This document shows, piece by piece, positions 10,379-20,783 of a stretch of DNA of 64,000 nt. Each line of letters begins with the position of its first letter. Position 1 is the first letter of the stretch. A program made the position numbers and the translations under genes. The DNA is from an uncultured Planctomycetia bacterium. GTDB lineage: Bacteria > Omnitrophota > Gorgyraeia > Tantalellales > Tantalellaceae. Below the pieces are notes generated by a model. It was not told where the DNA came from. It saw only the letters and a list, made by a program, of their open reading frames with translations, and ran no database searches. The DNA lies in contig CAZGOZ010000001.1 of NCBI GenBank assembly GCA_964528025.1, positions 4,398 through 68,397 of the forward strand. The letters run 5' to 3'.

Positions 10379-11011
10379 TTATTTTGAATATAATTCAACT
10401 ATCAGGCTTTCCTCTATAGCCATCCCGACATCTTTCTTTACCGGCAGCCGTTTTATCTCTGCGGTAAGATCTTCCGGCGAGACCTTAAGCCATTCCGGGG
10501 TTCCCCGATCTTCAAGCATCTTTGTGGTTTCCCTTATGGTTTTCAGCTGTTTTTCTTTTCCTTTTAACACTATTTTATCCCCGGTCTTCACGAGATAAGA
10601 CGGGATATTGACCTTTCGGCCGTTTACCTTCGCAAACCCGTGAGTCACAAGCTGCCGCGCCGAAGAACGACTCACGGCAAAACCGGATCTTTGAACTACA
10701 TTGTCAAGCCGCCGTTCCAGCAATTGCAGAAGCACCTCTCCCGTTGCTCCTCTTGCCCTCTCGGCCTTTTCGAAATAGTTTCTGAACTGCCGTTCAAGAA
10801 TGCCGTATACTCTTTTGGCCTTTTGTTTCTCTCTCAGCTGGGCCTCATACTCCGAGGACTTTCTCCGTTTTCTTTTCTGACCGTGCTGTCCGGGAGCGTA
10901 TTCCCTCCTGGCAAAAGCGCACTTGTCAGAAATGCACCTTACGCCCTTTAAAAACAATTTCTCGCTCTCTCTGCGGCAAAGCCGGCAGGATGCCGCCACG
11001 TTTCTTGCCAT
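10379..11011 (-). CDS. rpsD: 30S ribosomal protein S4
   Basis: [15 protein letters not shown]... zinc-type S4 with an S4 RNA-binding domain. The start overlaps the rpsK stop by 1 nt. Confidence 0.85.
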   Translation of the reverse strand: MARNVAASCRLCRRESEKLFLKGVRCISDKCAFARREYAPGQHGQKRKRRKSSEYEAQLREKQKAKRVYGILERQFRNYFEKAERARGATGEVLLQLLERRLDNVVQRSGFAVSRSSARQLVTHGFAKVNGRKVNIPSYLVKTGDKIVLKGKEKQLKTIRETTKMLEDRGTPEWLKVSPEDLTAEIKRLPVKKDVGMAIEESLIVELYSK

Positions 11012-11403
11012 TATACTCTTCTCCTTTTCTTCGGCCTGCATCCATTGTGCGGAGTCGGTGTCAGGTCTATTATGGTGCGCACACTAAGGCCTTCGGATCT
11101 GATGCTTCTCACGGCGCTTTCCTTGCCCGAACCGGGCCCTCTGAGAAACACTTCAACGTCCTTTATCCCAAATGACTTCGCCTTCCTGACCGCGTCTTTT
11201 GCCGCCACGGTCGCCGCGAAGGGTGTAGATTTTCTTGATCCCTTGAACCCAACCATGCCGGGCGAACTCCAGCACAGGGTCTTCCCCGCGGTGTCCGTTA
11301 CGGTAACTATGGTATTGTTGAACGTCGCATGGACGTATACCTTTCCGGCGGATACTTTTCTTGTTATTTTCTTACGTTTTTTTGTCTTCGGCCTTTTTTG
11401 CAC
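11011..11403 (-). CDS. rpsK: 30S ribosomal protein S11
   Basis: 130 aa; conserved S11 core plus operon position. Confidence 0.9.
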   Translation of the reverse strand: MQKRPKTKKRKKITRKVSAGKVYVHATFNNTIVTVTDTAGKTLCWSSPGMVGFKGSRKSTPFAATVAAKDAVRKAKSFGIKDVEVFLRGPGSGKESAVRSIRSEGLSVRTIIDLTPTPHNGCRPKKRRRV

Positions 11404-11435
11404 GGTTTCCTTTCCTGTCGGGGTTCATCCCGTTA

Positions 11436-11837
11436 TTATTCACTCGGCTTTGCGGGCTTTCTGGCTGCTTTATCCTTGAAGGCCCCTACTGTTTTTTTAG
11501 GCCCCTTTTGAGTCCTGGCATTCGTTTTTGTCCTCTGCCCTCTCACAGGGAGGTTTCTTTTATGCCGCATCCCTCTGTATGTTCCGGCGCTCATCAGTCG
11601 CTTTATATTCCCCGTAACGAGACGCCTAAGGTCTCCCTCAACCTGATATTTCTCCCGGATAATATGCGTGATAGCGTTGAGTTCCTTGTCATCCAGATCC
11701 TTCGCCCTCTTATCGGGAGAAATTCCGGCCTCTTTCAATATTGCACATGAAACCGTTTTTCCTATCCCAAAAATATAAGTAAGCGCTACTTCTATTCGTT
11801 TTTCTTTCGGTATGTCAACTCCAATAATCCTCGGCAT
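11436..11837 (-). CDS. rpsM: 30S ribosomal protein S13
   Basis: [26 protein letters not shown]. The ORF extends to 11900 through the upstream repeat. Confidence 0.9.
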   Translation of the reverse strand: MPRIIGVDIPKEKRIEVALTYIFGIGKTVSCAILKEAGISPDKRAKDLDDKELNAITHIIREKYQVEGDLRRLVTGNIKRLMSAGTYRGMRHKRNLPVRGQRTKTNARTQKGPKKTVGAFKDKAARKPAKPSE

Positions 11838-11859
11838 TTTTACTCCTCTTTGTATCGCA

Positions 11860-12005
11860 AAGTCCAAATAACCAATAACCAAGATACAAATAATATTCAA
11901 ATCACAATACCAAAACAGTAACTTTTTTCCTCTTGTTTGATTATTTGAATTTGGTTATTGGTCATTGTTTGGTTATTGTCTCTTGTTTCTTGTTTCTTTT
12001 AGCTC
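11860..12005. repeat. Family B AT-rich palindromic intergenic element (aataaccaa / caagaaacaag arms)
   Basis: ccaaataaccaataaccaagatacaaat ... gtttgattatttgaatttggttattggtcattgtttggttattg, an inverted repeat. A second copy lies at 15750-16020. Confidence 0.7.
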
Positions 12006-12009
12006 TCTA

Positions 12010-12123
12010 TTATCCCTGCCGCTGCTTATGCTTTGGGTCCTGGCAGATTACCCGCACAACACCTTTTCGTTTTACTATCTTGCACTTCGTGCACATTTTT
12101 CTTATACTCGGTCTTACTTTCAT
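12010..12123 (-). CDS. rpmJ: 50S ribosomal protein L36
   Basis: Hand-translated [37 protein letters not shown]. It starts 2 nt after the infA stop. Absent from the ORF track because it is under 60 aa. Confidence 0.9.
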   Translation of the reverse strand: MKVRPSIRKMCTKCKIVKRKGVVRVICQDPKHKQRQG

Positions 12124-12125
12124 GA

Positions 12126-12347
12126 TTACTTCTCTCTTTGCGTTATTCTTCCCCTGCCCAAATCATACGGGGAAAGTTCAACTGTTACCTTGTCTCCCGG
12201 AACAATACGGATAAAATACATTCGCATCTTTCCCGAAACATGCGCAAGCACTATATGTCCATTTTCCAACTTGACCCTGAACATGGCGTTCGGGAGGCAT
12301 TCCGATATCTCACCGATAGCAACAATAGCTTCTTCCTTGGGACTCAT
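12126..12347 (-). CDS. infA: Translation initiation factor IF-1
   Basis: 73 aa S1-like OB fold ([20 protein letters not shown]). Confidence 0.9.
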   Translation of the reverse strand: MSPKEEAIVAIGEISECLPNAMFRVKLENGHIVLAHVSGKMRMYFIRIVPGDKVTVELSPYDLGRGRITQREK

Positions 12348-13087
12348 GTTATTACCTCCGCTTTCCTGCGCCCGACTTTAACCGTATCTTCAAAATGGGC
12401 CGATAACTTTCCGTCCACCGTCACGGCCGTCCATCCATCCGGCAGGACCTTAATCTTTCTGGTCCCCGCGTTTATCATCGGCTCTATCGCCAGAAGAAGC
12501 CCTTCCTTGAGCACAGGTCCCTTGCCTTTCTCTCCCCAGTTCGGTATCTCGGGAGATTCATGCAGTTTTCTTCCGATCCCGTGCCCTACAAACATTCGGA
12601 CTTCCTTGAATCCTTTTTTCTGGGCAAATACCTGAATGGCATTGGATATATCCGAAACCCTGTTGCCTTCAATGGCCTGCTCTATACCCTTCACAAGACA
12701 TTCTCTCGTGACATCAATCAGATGCCTTGCGCTATCGCTTATTTTTCCGACACTAAATGTCCGCGCCGCGTCCGTGTAATAACCGTTCTTTTTAACCCCA
12801 ACGTCAATTCCGATTATATCCCCTTCAGCAAGAACCGCCTTCCGTGAAGGCATTCCGTGGACAACAACATCGTTAATGGAAGCGCATATCGTCGCCGGAA
12901 AACCCTTGTATCCTTTGAACGCCGGTTCCGCGCCTCTTGCCAGGATTATGTCTTCAGCGCCCTTATCCAAAACTGCGGTGGACACCCCTTCGGCTATGTT
13001 CTTCTTCATCCAGGAAAATATCTCTCTTATTATTTCCCCGCCTTCACGGATTCGCCGGATTTCATTATTGTCCGTTATCACCGTCAT
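12344..13087 (-). CDS. map: Methionine aminopeptidase type I
   Basis: Metal-ligand motifs across GDIIGIDVG ... HGIGRKLHE ... LAIEP. Confidence 0.9.
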   Translation of the reverse strand: MTVITDNNEIRRIREGGEIIREIFSWMKKNIAEGVSTAVLDKGAEDIILARGAEPAFKGYKGFPATICASINDVVVHGMPSRKAVLAEGDIIGIDVGVKKNGYYTDAARTFSVGKISDSARHLIDVTRECLVKGIEQAIEGNRVSDISNAIQVFAQKKGFKEVRMFVGHGIGRKLHESPEIPNWGEKGKGPVLKEGLLLAIEPMINAGTRKIKVLPDGWTAVTVDGKLSAHFEDTVKVGRRKAEVIT

Positions 13088-13760
13088 TTATCAGGCCTTC
13101 CTGACGAAAAAGAGCGTCTATATCATCAAAGAGCTGTTTAGCCGGGAGATCACCGTTAACTTCTCTTAAAAGACCTTTTTTCATGTAATACTCAATAAGG
13201 TCTTTCGTGCGTTCCTTATAAACTGTTAACCGATTTTTTACCGTTTCCGGTTTATCATCTTCCCGCTGTATAAGTTCTCCGCCGCAAACGTCGCATATTC
13301 CATCTTTTGTCGGAGGCATGTTAGTAACGTGATAGTTCTTATTACACTTACCGCAAACTCTCCGTCCGGAAAGCCTCTCAATAGCAACTTTCTCGGTTGT
13401 TTCAAAATACAGCACAACATTCAAAGAACGTTCTTCCTTGATCAGCGCGTCATCAAGCGATTTTGCCTGCGGAACAGTTCTCGGATATCCATCAAATATC
13501 ACGCCGCCTGCAGCGTCCGGCTTGGCCATCCGCTCTACCATGATACGCGTCACGACGGAATCGGGAACAAGCTCCCCGGAATTCATATACTTCTCGGCCT
13601 CTATCCCTGTTTCGGTGCCTTCTTTCACGGCTTCGCGCAGCATGTCGCCCGTAGAAACATGGAGCAGATGATACGCTTTTGTCAAATAGCCTGCCTGCGT
13701 TCCCTTGCCGGCGCCGGGAGGTCCCAGAAGGACCAAATTAAACTCCTTATTCACCATCAT
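13065..13760 (-). CDS. adk: Adenylate kinase (canonical copy, with zinc lid)
   Basis: GPPGAGKGT P-loop and a CGKC...CDVC lid; it sits in the spc-operon position after secY. Confidence 0.9.
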   Translation of the reverse strand: MMVNKEFNLVLLGPPGAGKGTQAGYLTKAYHLLHVSTGDMLREAVKEGTETGIEAEKYMNSGELVPDSVVTRIMVERMAKPDAAGGVIFDGYPRTVPQAKSLDDALIKEERSLNVVLYFETTEKVAIERLSGRRVCGKCNKNYHVTNMPPTKDGICDVCGGELIQREDDKPETVKNRLTVYKERTKDLIEYYMKKGLLREVNGDLPAKQLFDDIDALFRQEGLINDGDNGQ

Positions 13761-15106
13761 GCCATTCGTCCCCGTACTCGTCCTTTTTTCATGAACCCCT
13801 CATAATGCCTCGTAAGCATGTGCGATTCCACCTGTCTCATCGTGTCCAGCATAACTCCGACAACGATCAGCAGGCCGGTGCCGCCGAAAAAACTGGCAAC
13901 GAGAAAGGGTATGCCCATCTGACTGTTTATCACGCTCGGCAAAACCGCTATGACGGTAAGAAACAAGGCGCCCGGCAACGTTATGCGCGTCATTATAAAA
14001 TCAAGATATTCGGCAGTTTGCTTCCCGGGCCTTATCCCCGGCACGAACCCCCCGAACCGTTTCATGTTATTTGCCATATCAATAGGGTTAAAAGTTATTG
14101 CCGCGTAAAAATAACAGAAAAATAATATAAGAAATGAATACACCACATAATAAAGTGGTCTTCCCATCATGAGGGAACTCGCAAGTGTCTGCACTGTTCT
14201 GTGCGGAACAAAACCGGCAATCGTTGCCGGAAATAATATAATTGACTGCGCGAATATAATGGGGATAACACCGCCCTGGTTAACCCTCAAAGGTATATAT
14301 GTGCTCTGTCCGCCGTATACCCTTCTTCCGATAACCCTTTTGGCATACTGAATCGGAATCTTCCTCTGCCCCTGCGTTATGAGGACAACGGCAACAATAA
14401 CACCCACGAACATGAGCGCAAGAAAAACCAGCTTGAACGGGTCTATCTGCGCCTCACCACTGCTTCCCGGCGATGCCAATGAACCAAGCTGTATAATAGC
14501 CGCCGGCAACCTTGAAACGATACCGGCCGTAATTATCAGTGAAATACCGTTGCCGATTCCCTTTTCCTGTATCTGCTCGCCAAGCCACATGATAAACGCC
14601 GTTCCCGTCGTAAGCGTGATAACGGACAATATCCGAAAGCCCAATCCCGGATACTGGACAATCTGCATGCCCTGGAAATGCGCGGGGTTTTCCAGCCACA
14701 ACGCTATAAAAAATGACTGCACGAGAGCAAGCCCTATCGTACAGTATCTCGTATATTGAGTTATGGCCTTGCGGCCTTCCTCTCCCTGCTTCGCAAGGCG
14801 TTCCAGTGCCGGAATAACCGTCGTCAAAAGCTGTAGAATGATTGACGCGGATATATATGGCATGATACCAAGAGCAAATATGGTTAACCGCTGCATGGCA
14901 CCGCCGGAAAACATGTTCATTATGCCTAACAGCGTTCCGCCCTGTGTCTTCGCAATATTATCAAAGAACTGCGCCAACTGCTGACCGTCTATACCCGGCG
15001 TCGGAACAAAAGCGCCTATCCTGTACACGGCTATCAACCCGAGAGTGAACAGGATCTTTTTTTTCAAATCTGGAATTTTGAAAATATTTACAAAAGCGTC
15101 AAACAC
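13757..15106 (-). CDS. secY: Preprotein translocase subunit SecY
   Basis: 449 aa polytopic membrane protein with the conserved SecY N-terminus. Confidence 0.9.
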   Translation of the reverse strand: MFDAFVNIFKIPDLKKKILFTLGLIAVYRIGAFVPTPGIDGQQLAQFFDNIAKTQGGTLLGIMNMFSGGAMQRLTIFALGIMPYISASIILQLLTTVIPALERLAKQGEEGRKAITQYTRYCTIGLALVQSFFIALWLENPAHFQGMQIVQYPGLGFRILSVITLTTGTAFIMWLGEQIQEKGIGNGISLIITAGIVSRLPAAIIQLGSLASPGSSGEAQIDPFKLVFLALMFVGVIVAVVLITQGQRKIPIQYAKRVIGRRVYGGQSTYIPLRVNQGGVIPIIFAQSIILFPATIAGFVPHRTVQTLASSLMMGRPLYYVVYSFLILFFCYFYAAITFNPIDMANNMKRFGGFVPGIRPGKQTAEYLDFIMTRITLPGALFLTVIAVLPSVINSQMGIPFLVASFFGGTGLLIVVGVMLDTMRQVESHMLTRHYEGFMKKGRVRGRMA

Positions 15107-15149
15107 CCATTACTCCTATCTCAAATCTCAAAAACAACAGATGACCAAT

Positions 15150-15285
15150 CGTTAAATTCAAATGACAAAGCACAAAATCCAAAATAAATCCAAAACCTCA
15201 AATCCAAATAACTAAACATTTGTTCCTTATGAGTTTTGTCATTTGTGCTCATTTTGTGCTTTGAATTTTGTCATTTGACATTATT
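15150..15285. repeat. Family A AT-rich palindromic element (CAAAAT-like repeats, then their inverse ATTTTG)
   Basis: caaatgacaaagcacaaaatccaaaataaatccaaaac ... ttttgtcatttgtgctcattttgtgctttgaattttgtcatttgac. Copies also at 20575-20745 and 24625-24745. Confidence 0.7.
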
Positions 15286-15735
15286 TATTGCTTTACCGCC
15301 GGCTTCTTCAATGGCTTTTTTCGCCGCCAGTGAAAACGCATCGGCCTTCACGGTTATCGCCTTGTCTAATCTTCCTTTTGCCAGAACCTTGAGCTGTAAT
15401 CCTTTTTTTCGGATAATCCTCTTCTCAAGCAAAAAAGCGTTATCAATAACCGCTCCGTCCACGATCGCCTCGACCCTCTGCAGAGTGCCTGTGTTTATAA
15501 CATTTTTTGCCCGTCTAAACTTGTTCGTAAACCCTCTCTTGGGAATGCGTCTCACCAGAGGCATCTGTCCACCCTCAAACCCGGGATTGTAAACGCCGCC
15601 GCCGGATCGCGATTTCGCCCCTTTGTGCCCGCGGCCACTGGTCTTTCCGCGCCCTGAACCTATACCGCGTCCTTTGCGTTTACCCGGCTTTTTTATTCCC
15701 CGCGGTCTCTTGATGTCTTCTATTCTAAGTGCCAT
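15271..15735 (-). CDS. rplO: 50S ribosomal protein L15
   Basis: 154 aa Gly/Arg-rich L15. Confidence 0.85.
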   Translation of the reverse strand: MALRIEDIKRPRGIKKPGKRKGRGIGSGRGKTSGRGHKGAKSRSGGGVYNPGFEGGQMPLVRRIPKRGFTNKFRRAKNVINTGTLQRVEAIVDGAVIDNAFLLEKRIIRKKGLQLKVLAKGRLDKAITVKADAFSLAAKKAIEEAGGKAINNVK

Positions 15736-15749
15736 CTATCCACCCTTTT

Positions 15750-16020
15750 TAATGCAATGTTTAAATAACCAATAATCAAGAAACAAGATACAAATAAATT
15801 CCAATAATCAATAACCAAACATAATACTGTCAACAACTATTCAAAATTTGCCTGGGACATTGTCATTCTGAGGCCTCGAAGAGGCCGAAAAATCCAATCC
15901 TCTAGATCCTTCGTCGCTTCGCTCCTCAGGATGACGGCTTGGCTTCGTTTCTTGTTTGATTATTTGAATTTGGTTATTGATCATTGTTTGTCTCTTGTCT
16001 CTTGTTTCTTGTATCTTTAT
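15750..16020. repeat. Family B palindromic element carrying a nested GC-rich hairpin insert (15846-15950)
   Basis: Outer arms aataaccaataatcaagaaacaagatacaaat / cttgtttgattatttgaatttggttattgatcattg. The inner insert is gtcattctgaggcctcgaagaggccg...cctcaggatgac. Its 3' arm encodes the C-terminal tail of the S5 ORF. Confidence 0.65.
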
Positions 16021-16609
16021 CTATTATCTTGTCTCTTCTTCTCTCTGACCGCAGCTGTTCAAGTCCACACAGAGCGGCTTTAACAACATTTATGGCGTTT
16101 CTTGATCCGAGACTTTTCGTGAGAATATTTTTTATGCCTGCCGCCTCACAAACCGCTCTCACGGGTCCACCTGCGATTACCCCTGTTCCCGGCGAGGCCG
16201 GCTTCAAAAGTACCCTCGATGCCTTGTACTTGCCTATCACTTCATGCGGTATGGTATCGCCCTTTAGATTAATCGAAACAAGGTTCTTTTTCGCCTTTAC
16301 CACGCCCTTTTTTATTGATTCCACTACTTCATTGGATTTTCCGAATCCCACACCGACGCGTCCTTTACCATCGCCCGTAACAACAAGAGCGCTGAAAGAA
16401 AAATTTCTGCCGCCCTTTACGACCTTTGATACCCTGTTTATCTTCACGACGTGTTCAGGGAATTCCTTGTCGGTTTTTTTCCCAAAACCGCCCCCGCCTC
16501 TTGAGGGCCTTCTTGCCGGTCTATTTTTATTTTCGCGGCCCGCGTCTCCGGGGGTTACAACAGGTGTTTCTCCGGGTGTTACGACGGGTTTTTCTTCTTT
16601 GTTCTGCAT
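15974..16609 (-). CDS. rpsE: 30S ribosomal protein S5 with N- and C-terminal extensions
   Basis: S5 core ([25 protein letters not shown]). The N-terminus contains a [15 protein letters not shown] direct repeat. The C-terminal 20 aa are encoded by the family B repeat. Confidence 0.85.
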   Translation of the reverse strand: MQNKEEKPVVTPGETPVVTPGDAGRENKNRPARRPSRGGGGFGKKTDKEFPEHVVKINRVSKVVKGGRNFSFSALVVTGDGKGRVGVGFGKSNEVVESIKKGVVKAKKNLVSINLKGDTIPHEVIGKYKASRVLLKPASPGTGVIAGGPVRAVCEAAGIKNILTKSLGSRNAINVVKAALCGLEQLRSERRRDKIIDKDTRNKRQETNNDQ

Positions 16610-16629
16610 CTATCCTCCTGGCGAAAAGC

Positions 16630-16992
16630 CTAAAATTCCAACCCTTTTTTTCTTGCCGCTTCGGCAACAGCCTTCACAACCCCGTGATACTGATATCCCG
16701 ATCTATCAAACACTATTTTTTTTATGCCCTTTTTTGTAGCGATGTCCGCTATTTTTTCGCCCAGAATTTCTGCGAAATGCGCGTTCTTTCGCGTATACTG
16801 ACCGGGCTTGTCCTTTGAGGCCAAAACGGCGGTAGATACGCCGCATAGCGTTTTGCTATTCACGTCATCCACTACCTGAACATAAATGTTCCGATTGCTC
16901 TTATGCACACACATCCGGGGTTTTTCAGGCGTACCGGAAATTTTTTTCCGTATTGATTTTTTTCGTCTTTTTCTTTGTTTCGCCGCATCCAT
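16630..16992 (-). CDS. rplR: 50S ribosomal protein L18
   Basis: 120 aa; operon position and conserved C-terminus. Confidence 0.85.
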   Translation of the reverse strand: MDAAKQRKRRKKSIRKKISGTPEKPRMCVHKSNRNIYVQVVDDVNSKTLCGVSTAVLASKDKPGQYTRKNAHFAEILGEKIADIATKKGIKKIVFDRSGYQYHGVVKAVAEAARKKGLEF

Positions 16993-17010
16993 TTTTACAC
17001 CGCAACTTTC

Positions 17011-17547
17011 TTAAGCCACACTCTTACCCTGTTTCTGTCTCACATATTCGCCTTCATACCTGATTCCTTTACCCTTATATGGTTCGGGAGGATAAAACTG
17101 GCGTATCTTAGCCGCAACTTCACCGACCTTCTGTTTGTCTACCCCTTTGACCGAAATCTCTGTGGGGCTCACGATTTCCACCTTTACATCTTCCGGCGGA
17201 ATATAATTTATACTGTGCGAAAAACCCAAATCCAGAACCAGCGTTTTACCCTTCATCTGCGCTTTATATCCTACGCCCTGAATCTTAAGCTTCTTCTGAA
17301 AAGCAGTTTTAAGCCCCGTAACCATATTCTGAATAAGGCTTCTCGTCGTGCCATGCAGCGCCCTCATCGTCCGCGAATCGGAAGGCCTGACAATAATGAC
17401 CTGATTATCCTTGAGCTCTGCGATAAACCCCTCCGGTATGGTGTGTTCAAGGGATTTTCCGCCTCCCTCAACCTTTACCAGGGTTTCTTTTATTTCAATC
17501 TTTATCCCGGCCGGAATATCAATCGGCCGTCTTCCTACTCTTGACAT
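17011..17547 (-). CDS. rplF: 50S ribosomal protein L6
   Basis: 178 aa; MSRVGRRPIDIPAGIKIEI. Confidence 0.9.
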   Translation of the reverse strand: MSRVGRRPIDIPAGIKIEIKETLVKVEGGGKSLEHTIPEGFIAELKDNQVIIVRPSDSRTMRALHGTTRSLIQNMVTGLKTAFQKKLKIQGVGYKAQMKGKTLVLDLGFSHSINYIPPEDVKVEIVSPTEISVKGVDKQKVGEVAAKIRQFYPPEPYKGKGIRYEGEYVRQKQGKSVA

Positions 17548-17564
17548 TTTTATTTACTCCTTAT

Positions 17565-17635
17565 GTCATTCCCGCGCAAGCGGGAATCTATCTGGTCCTT
17601 TTCATTCTGGATCCCCGCTTCCGCGGGGATGACAG
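17565..17635. repeat. Two family E GC-rich hairpins in the rplF-rpsH spacer
   Basis: gtcattcccgcgcaagcgggaatc and tggatccccgcttccgcggggatgaca. Same family at 3224-3250, 44786-44813 and 52378-52478. Confidence 0.7.
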
Positions 17636-17643
17636 AGCCTTTG

Positions 17644-18042
17644 TTACCATATCTTACAGATAATCTCTCCGCCGAGGCCAAGCTCACGCGCTTGGCTATC
17701 GGTCAAAAGACCTTTGCTTGTAGAAAGAACTGAAATTCCCACACCACCCATCACGCTTTTTACTTTTTTTGCCGAAAGATACGTGCGGCGGCCCGGTTTT
17801 GAGATCCTATTCAGTGTATTCATCACCGGGGTTCCGTCCTCAAGACTCTTCAGATACACCTTTATTTTCCCCTGCCGGGTATCTTCAATAACCTTGTAGT
17901 TCTCGATAAAACCCTCTTTTTTCATTATCTCAACGATTCCCTCTATAATACCGGATCGCTTTATGATAACATCTTTTTTGCCGGCCATGATGGCATTTCT
18001 CATCACTGTCAGCTGGTCTGCAATTAAATCCGTGACACTCAT
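17644..18042 (-). CDS. rpsH: 30S ribosomal protein S8
   Basis: 132 aa; MSVTDLIADQLTVMRNA. Confidence 0.9.
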   Translation of the reverse strand: MSVTDLIADQLTVMRNAIMAGKKDVIIKRSGIIEGIVEIMKKEGFIENYKVIEDTRQGKIKVYLKSLEDGTPVMNTLNRISKPGRRTYLSAKKVKSVMGGVGISVLSTSKGLLTDSQARELGLGGEIICKIW

Positions 18043-18105
18043 GTATTACCTTTCCTGATTATTTCTCAACCGTTTTCTCCGGAGCTCCGCTTTCCTCGCG
18101 GAACT

Positions 18106-18291
18106 CTACCAACTTGCCTTTTTAACACCCGGGATATCACCGCGCGAAGCCAATTCCCGGAAACAGATACGGCATAATTTAAACCGCTTCAGATATCCCT
18201 TCTTTCTTCCGCAGATCTGGCATCTGGTGATGACTCTCGTTGAGAATTTTGGTTTTCTTTTTGATTTTTCTATAAGCGCTTTCTTAGCCAT
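18106..18291 (-). CDS. rpsN: 30S ribosomal protein S14 type Z (zinc-binding, 61 aa)
   Basis: [23 protein letters not shown]. Confidence 0.9.
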   Translation of the reverse strand: MAKKALIEKSKRKPKFSTRVITRCQICGRKKGYLKRFKLCRICFRELASRGDIPGVKKASW

Positions 18292-18428
18292 ATGATTTTC
18301 TTTCCCATTGCGACACTGAATGCACTGAATTTTGCAGAGAACACTGGATTCAGTGCCGTCTATCCCCTTCAGTATCCTCTGTGTTGCATTCTTCAGTGTC
18401 CTCTGTCTTTTTCTCAGTGTTCTCTGTG
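18292..18428. repeat. Family C leader element (cactgaat palindromes)
   Basis: cgacactgaatgcactgaattttgcagagaacactggattcagtgccgtctatccccttcagtatcctctgtgttgcattcttcagtgtcctctgt. Homologous to 29279-29339 and 37775-37931. Confidence 0.7.
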
Positions 18429-18995
18429 TTACCGCTTCTCAAAAGGCATTCCGAACCCCTCAAGCAACGCCTTCGATTCTTCTTTAGCACAGGCAGTCAT
18501 AACAAAACAGATATCCATACCGTGAGTTACCGGCACCTTGTCCAGCTCCAGCTCGGGGAATATCGTCTGTTCTTTTATCCCTAATGTATAATTTCCCTGC
18601 TGATCAAAAGATGTCACGGATACACCGCGAAAATCCCGTATTCTCGGAATAACAAAATTTATCAGCCGGTCCAAAAATTCATACATGCGAACCCTTCGCA
18701 ATGTTGTTTTATATCCAACGGGGGCTCCTATACGCACCTTAAAATTGGAAATCGCCTTTTTGGTTCTTCTCAGAGAAGGTTTCTGCCCGGTCAAAGACGC
18801 AATTTCATCTCTCAACGGCTCTACCAAATCTTTCTGCTGGGACATCTCGCCCATTCCTACGTTAACCACAATCTTTTCGAGACGCGGAACGTTCATTCTG
18901 TTCTTGTATCCGAATTTCTTCATCAACGCAGGAACAATATCCTTTTCGTATAAATCTTTAAGCCGTGCTGTGTTTGTTTTTTTATTATCTGTCAT
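18429..18995 (-). CDS. rplE: 50S ribosomal protein L5
   Basis: 188 aa. Confidence 0.9.
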   Translation of the reverse strand: MTDNKKTNTARLKDLYEKDIVPALMKKFGYKNRMNVPRLEKIVVNVGMGEMSQQKDLVEPLRDEIASLTGQKPSLRRTKKAISNFKVRIGAPVGYKTTLRRVRMYEFLDRLINFVIPRIRDFRGVSVTSFDQQGNYTLGIKEQTIFPELELDKVPVTHGMDICFVMTACAKEESKALLEGFGMPFEKR

Positions 18996-18996
18996 T

Positions 18997-19308
18997 TTAT
19001 AACGCCTCTTTACATTTCTTGCAAAAACGGGTCTTACTGCCGTCCTTTAGTATGTCTTTGCCTGTCCTGGTGGGGCGGTTACAGCCCTTGCAGAGAATGG
19101 CCAGATTCGAAACATGAATAGAGGCCTCTCTATGCATGATACCGCCTTCCGAGTCCTGCTTCGTCTTTTTGAGGTGTTTTATCGCAAAATTCACCCCTTG
19201 CACGATAGCGCGCTTTTTTTCAGGGTTAATTCTCAACACTTTTCCGGTTTTTCCTTTATCTTTACCGGCCATAACTTTTACTGTATCGTTTTTTATTATA
19301 TGTCCCAT
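18997..19308 (-). CDS. rplX: 50S ribosomal protein L24 with C-terminal CxxC...CxxC zinc-ribbon-like tail
   Basis: KOW motif (VMAGKDKGKTGKV) and a tail CKGCNRPTRTG...RFCKKCKEAL. Confidence 0.85.
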   Translation of the reverse strand: MGHIIKNDTVKVMAGKDKGKTGKVLRINPEKKRAIVQGVNFAIKHLKKTKQDSEGGIMHREASIHVSNLAILCKGCNRPTRTGKDILKDGSKTRFCKKCKEAL

Positions 19309-19320
19309 AACATTCCTCGT

Positions 19321-19689
19321 TTAAATAACTTCCGGCGCCAGAGATACAATCTTCATGAATTTCTTCCCGCGAAGTTCGCGAGCGACCGGTCCAAACACGC
19401 GCGTTCCGCGCGGATTTCCGTCTTTATCAATTACTACTACGGCGTTGTGATCAAATTTAAGAACCGTCCCATCCTTGCGCAATATCGGATAGGCCGTTCG
19501 CACGACCACGGCGCGAACCACTTCGCCTTTTTTAACCTCCGCGGCGGGCGTAGACTCCTTGATATTACACGTAATCACGTCGCCTATCGTTGCCATGTAT
19601 TTTCCGGATCTCCCGATAACACCTATCATAGAGGCTTTTTTAGCGCCGCTGTTATCAGCAACATCCAACCTGCTGCCCATTATAATCAT
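19321..19689 (-). CDS. rplN: 50S ribosomal protein L14
   Basis: 122 aa. Confidence 0.9.
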   Translation of the reverse strand: MIIMGSRLDVADNSGAKKASMIGVIGRSGKYMATIGDVITCNIKESTPAAEVKKGEVVRAVVVRTAYPILRKDGTVLKFDHNAVVVIDKDGNPRGTRVFGPVARELRGKKFMKIVSLAPEVI

Positions 19690-19695
19690 AGCCGA

Positions 19696-19962
19696 TCAGC
19701 CTCTCTGCTTTTTTTCCAGAATTTCCACGAGGCGCCAGGCCTTGTTCTTGGAAATCGGACGCGTTTCGATTATCCGGACCATGTCCCCGGCTTTTGATCT
19801 ATTTTCCGCATCATGCGCCTTAACCTTCATACGCTGTTTTATGAATTTTCCGTATATGGGATGTCTCTTACGAGTTTCCCATCCAACCGTGATGCTCTTA
19901 TCCATGCTCGCGCTTATAACCGTGCCGGTTATTTCTTTTTTATTGGGTCTAGTGCCCTTCAC
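19696..19962 (-). CDS. rpsQ: 30S ribosomal protein S17
   Basis: 88 aa. Confidence 0.85.
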   Translation of the reverse strand: MKGTRPNKKEITGTVISASMDKSITVGWETRKRHPIYGKFIKQRMKVKAHDAENRSKAGDMVRIIETRPISKNKAWRLVEILEKKQRG

Positions 19963-20146
19963 TATTCTTCTCCTTCAAAATGGTGTAACATCTGGCTATA
20001 TCGCGCCTCAGGGAACAGAAACGGTTCGGTCTCTCTATCCTGCCGGTCGTAATCTCCGCCCTCAGTTTGAACAATTGCTCTTTTATATCCAAAAGCTTGT
20101 GTTCAACCTCGGGTACGGTCATGTTCCTTATTTCGCTCGCTTTCAA
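19949..20146 (-). CDS. rpmC: 50S ribosomal protein L29
   Basis: 65 aa. Confidence 0.8.
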   Translation of the reverse strand: MKASEIRNMTVPEVEHKLLDIKEQLFKLRAEITTGRIERPNRFCSLRRDIARCYTILKEKNSEGH

Positions 20147-20559
20147 GCCCGTCCTCCTCTTGATACAAATTTTGTCTTCATCGGAAGCTTATGCGCCGAT
20201 AACCGAAAGGCCTCCCTGGCCATGTCATGCGGAACACCTTCCACTTCAAAAATAATCCGCCCTTTTTTCACGGGGGCAACCCATCCAACGGGAGAGCCCT
20301 TCCCCTTGCCCATACGTGTTTCCGCGGCCTGTTTCGTTACGGGCTTATCGGGAAATACCCGAATCCACAACTTGCCGGCTCTTCCGGTCTCCCTCATGAG
20401 AGCCACTCTTGCCGCCTCTATCTGTTTGTCGGTTAACCATGCGGTTGCCAAAGCCTTGAGCCCGAATTCTCCAAAATTAAGTTTTGAAGACAAACTCGTG
20501 CCTTTGCGCCGGCCCCTCTGTTGTTTCCTGAATTTTACCCTCTTGGGCATTAAAGCCAT
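20143..20559 (-). CDS. rplP: 50S ribosomal protein L16
   Basis: [20 protein letters not shown]. The ORF continues upstream to 20658 through the family A repeat; start chosen at the internal Met. Confidence 0.85.
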   Translation of the reverse strand: MALMPKRVKFRKQQRGRRKGTSLSSKLNFGEFGLKALATAWLTDKQIEAARVALMRETGRAGKLWIRVFPDKPVTKQAAETRMGKGKGSPVGWVAPVKKGRIIFEVEGVPHDMAREAFRLSAHKLPMKTKFVSRGGRA

Positions 20560-20574
20560 AATGTCGCCCCTTAA

Positions 20575-20745
20575 ACAATAATCAAGATACAATAAAATAA
20601 ATGTCAAATGACAAAATTCAAAGCACAAAATAAGCACAAATAACAAAATCCAAAACACAAATAAAAGTTTTGTTATTTGAATTTAAGATTTTGGATTTAT
20701 TTTGGATTTTGTGCTTTGTCATTTGAATTTTGACGCGTTATCTTC
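20575..20745. repeat. Family A palindromic element (largest copy) between rpsC and rplP
   Basis: gtcaaatgacaaaattcaaagcacaaaataagcacaaataacaaaatccaaaacacaaataaaag / ttttgttatttgaatttaagattttggatttattttggattttgtgctttgtcatttgaattttgac. Confidence 0.75.
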
Positions 20746-20783
20746 CTTTTTTCACTCTTTTTTCCAGAACCTCAGTAACGCCT

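Noticed and set aside
1465-13420. Similar 60-61 aa minus-strand ORFs 1465-1650 and 13238-13420 (MLFCILKQAKKLL / MLCCILKQPRKLL)
   Set aside because: Both are out-of-frame shadows of the two adenylate-kinase domains. Their similarity just reflects nucleotide similarity of the adk paralogues.
15736-15973. Search for rpmD (L30) in the rpsE-rplO spacer
   Set aside because: The 238 bp spacer is filled by the family B palindrome and a GC hairpin insert. No ORF with L30-like sequence is present in either frame set.
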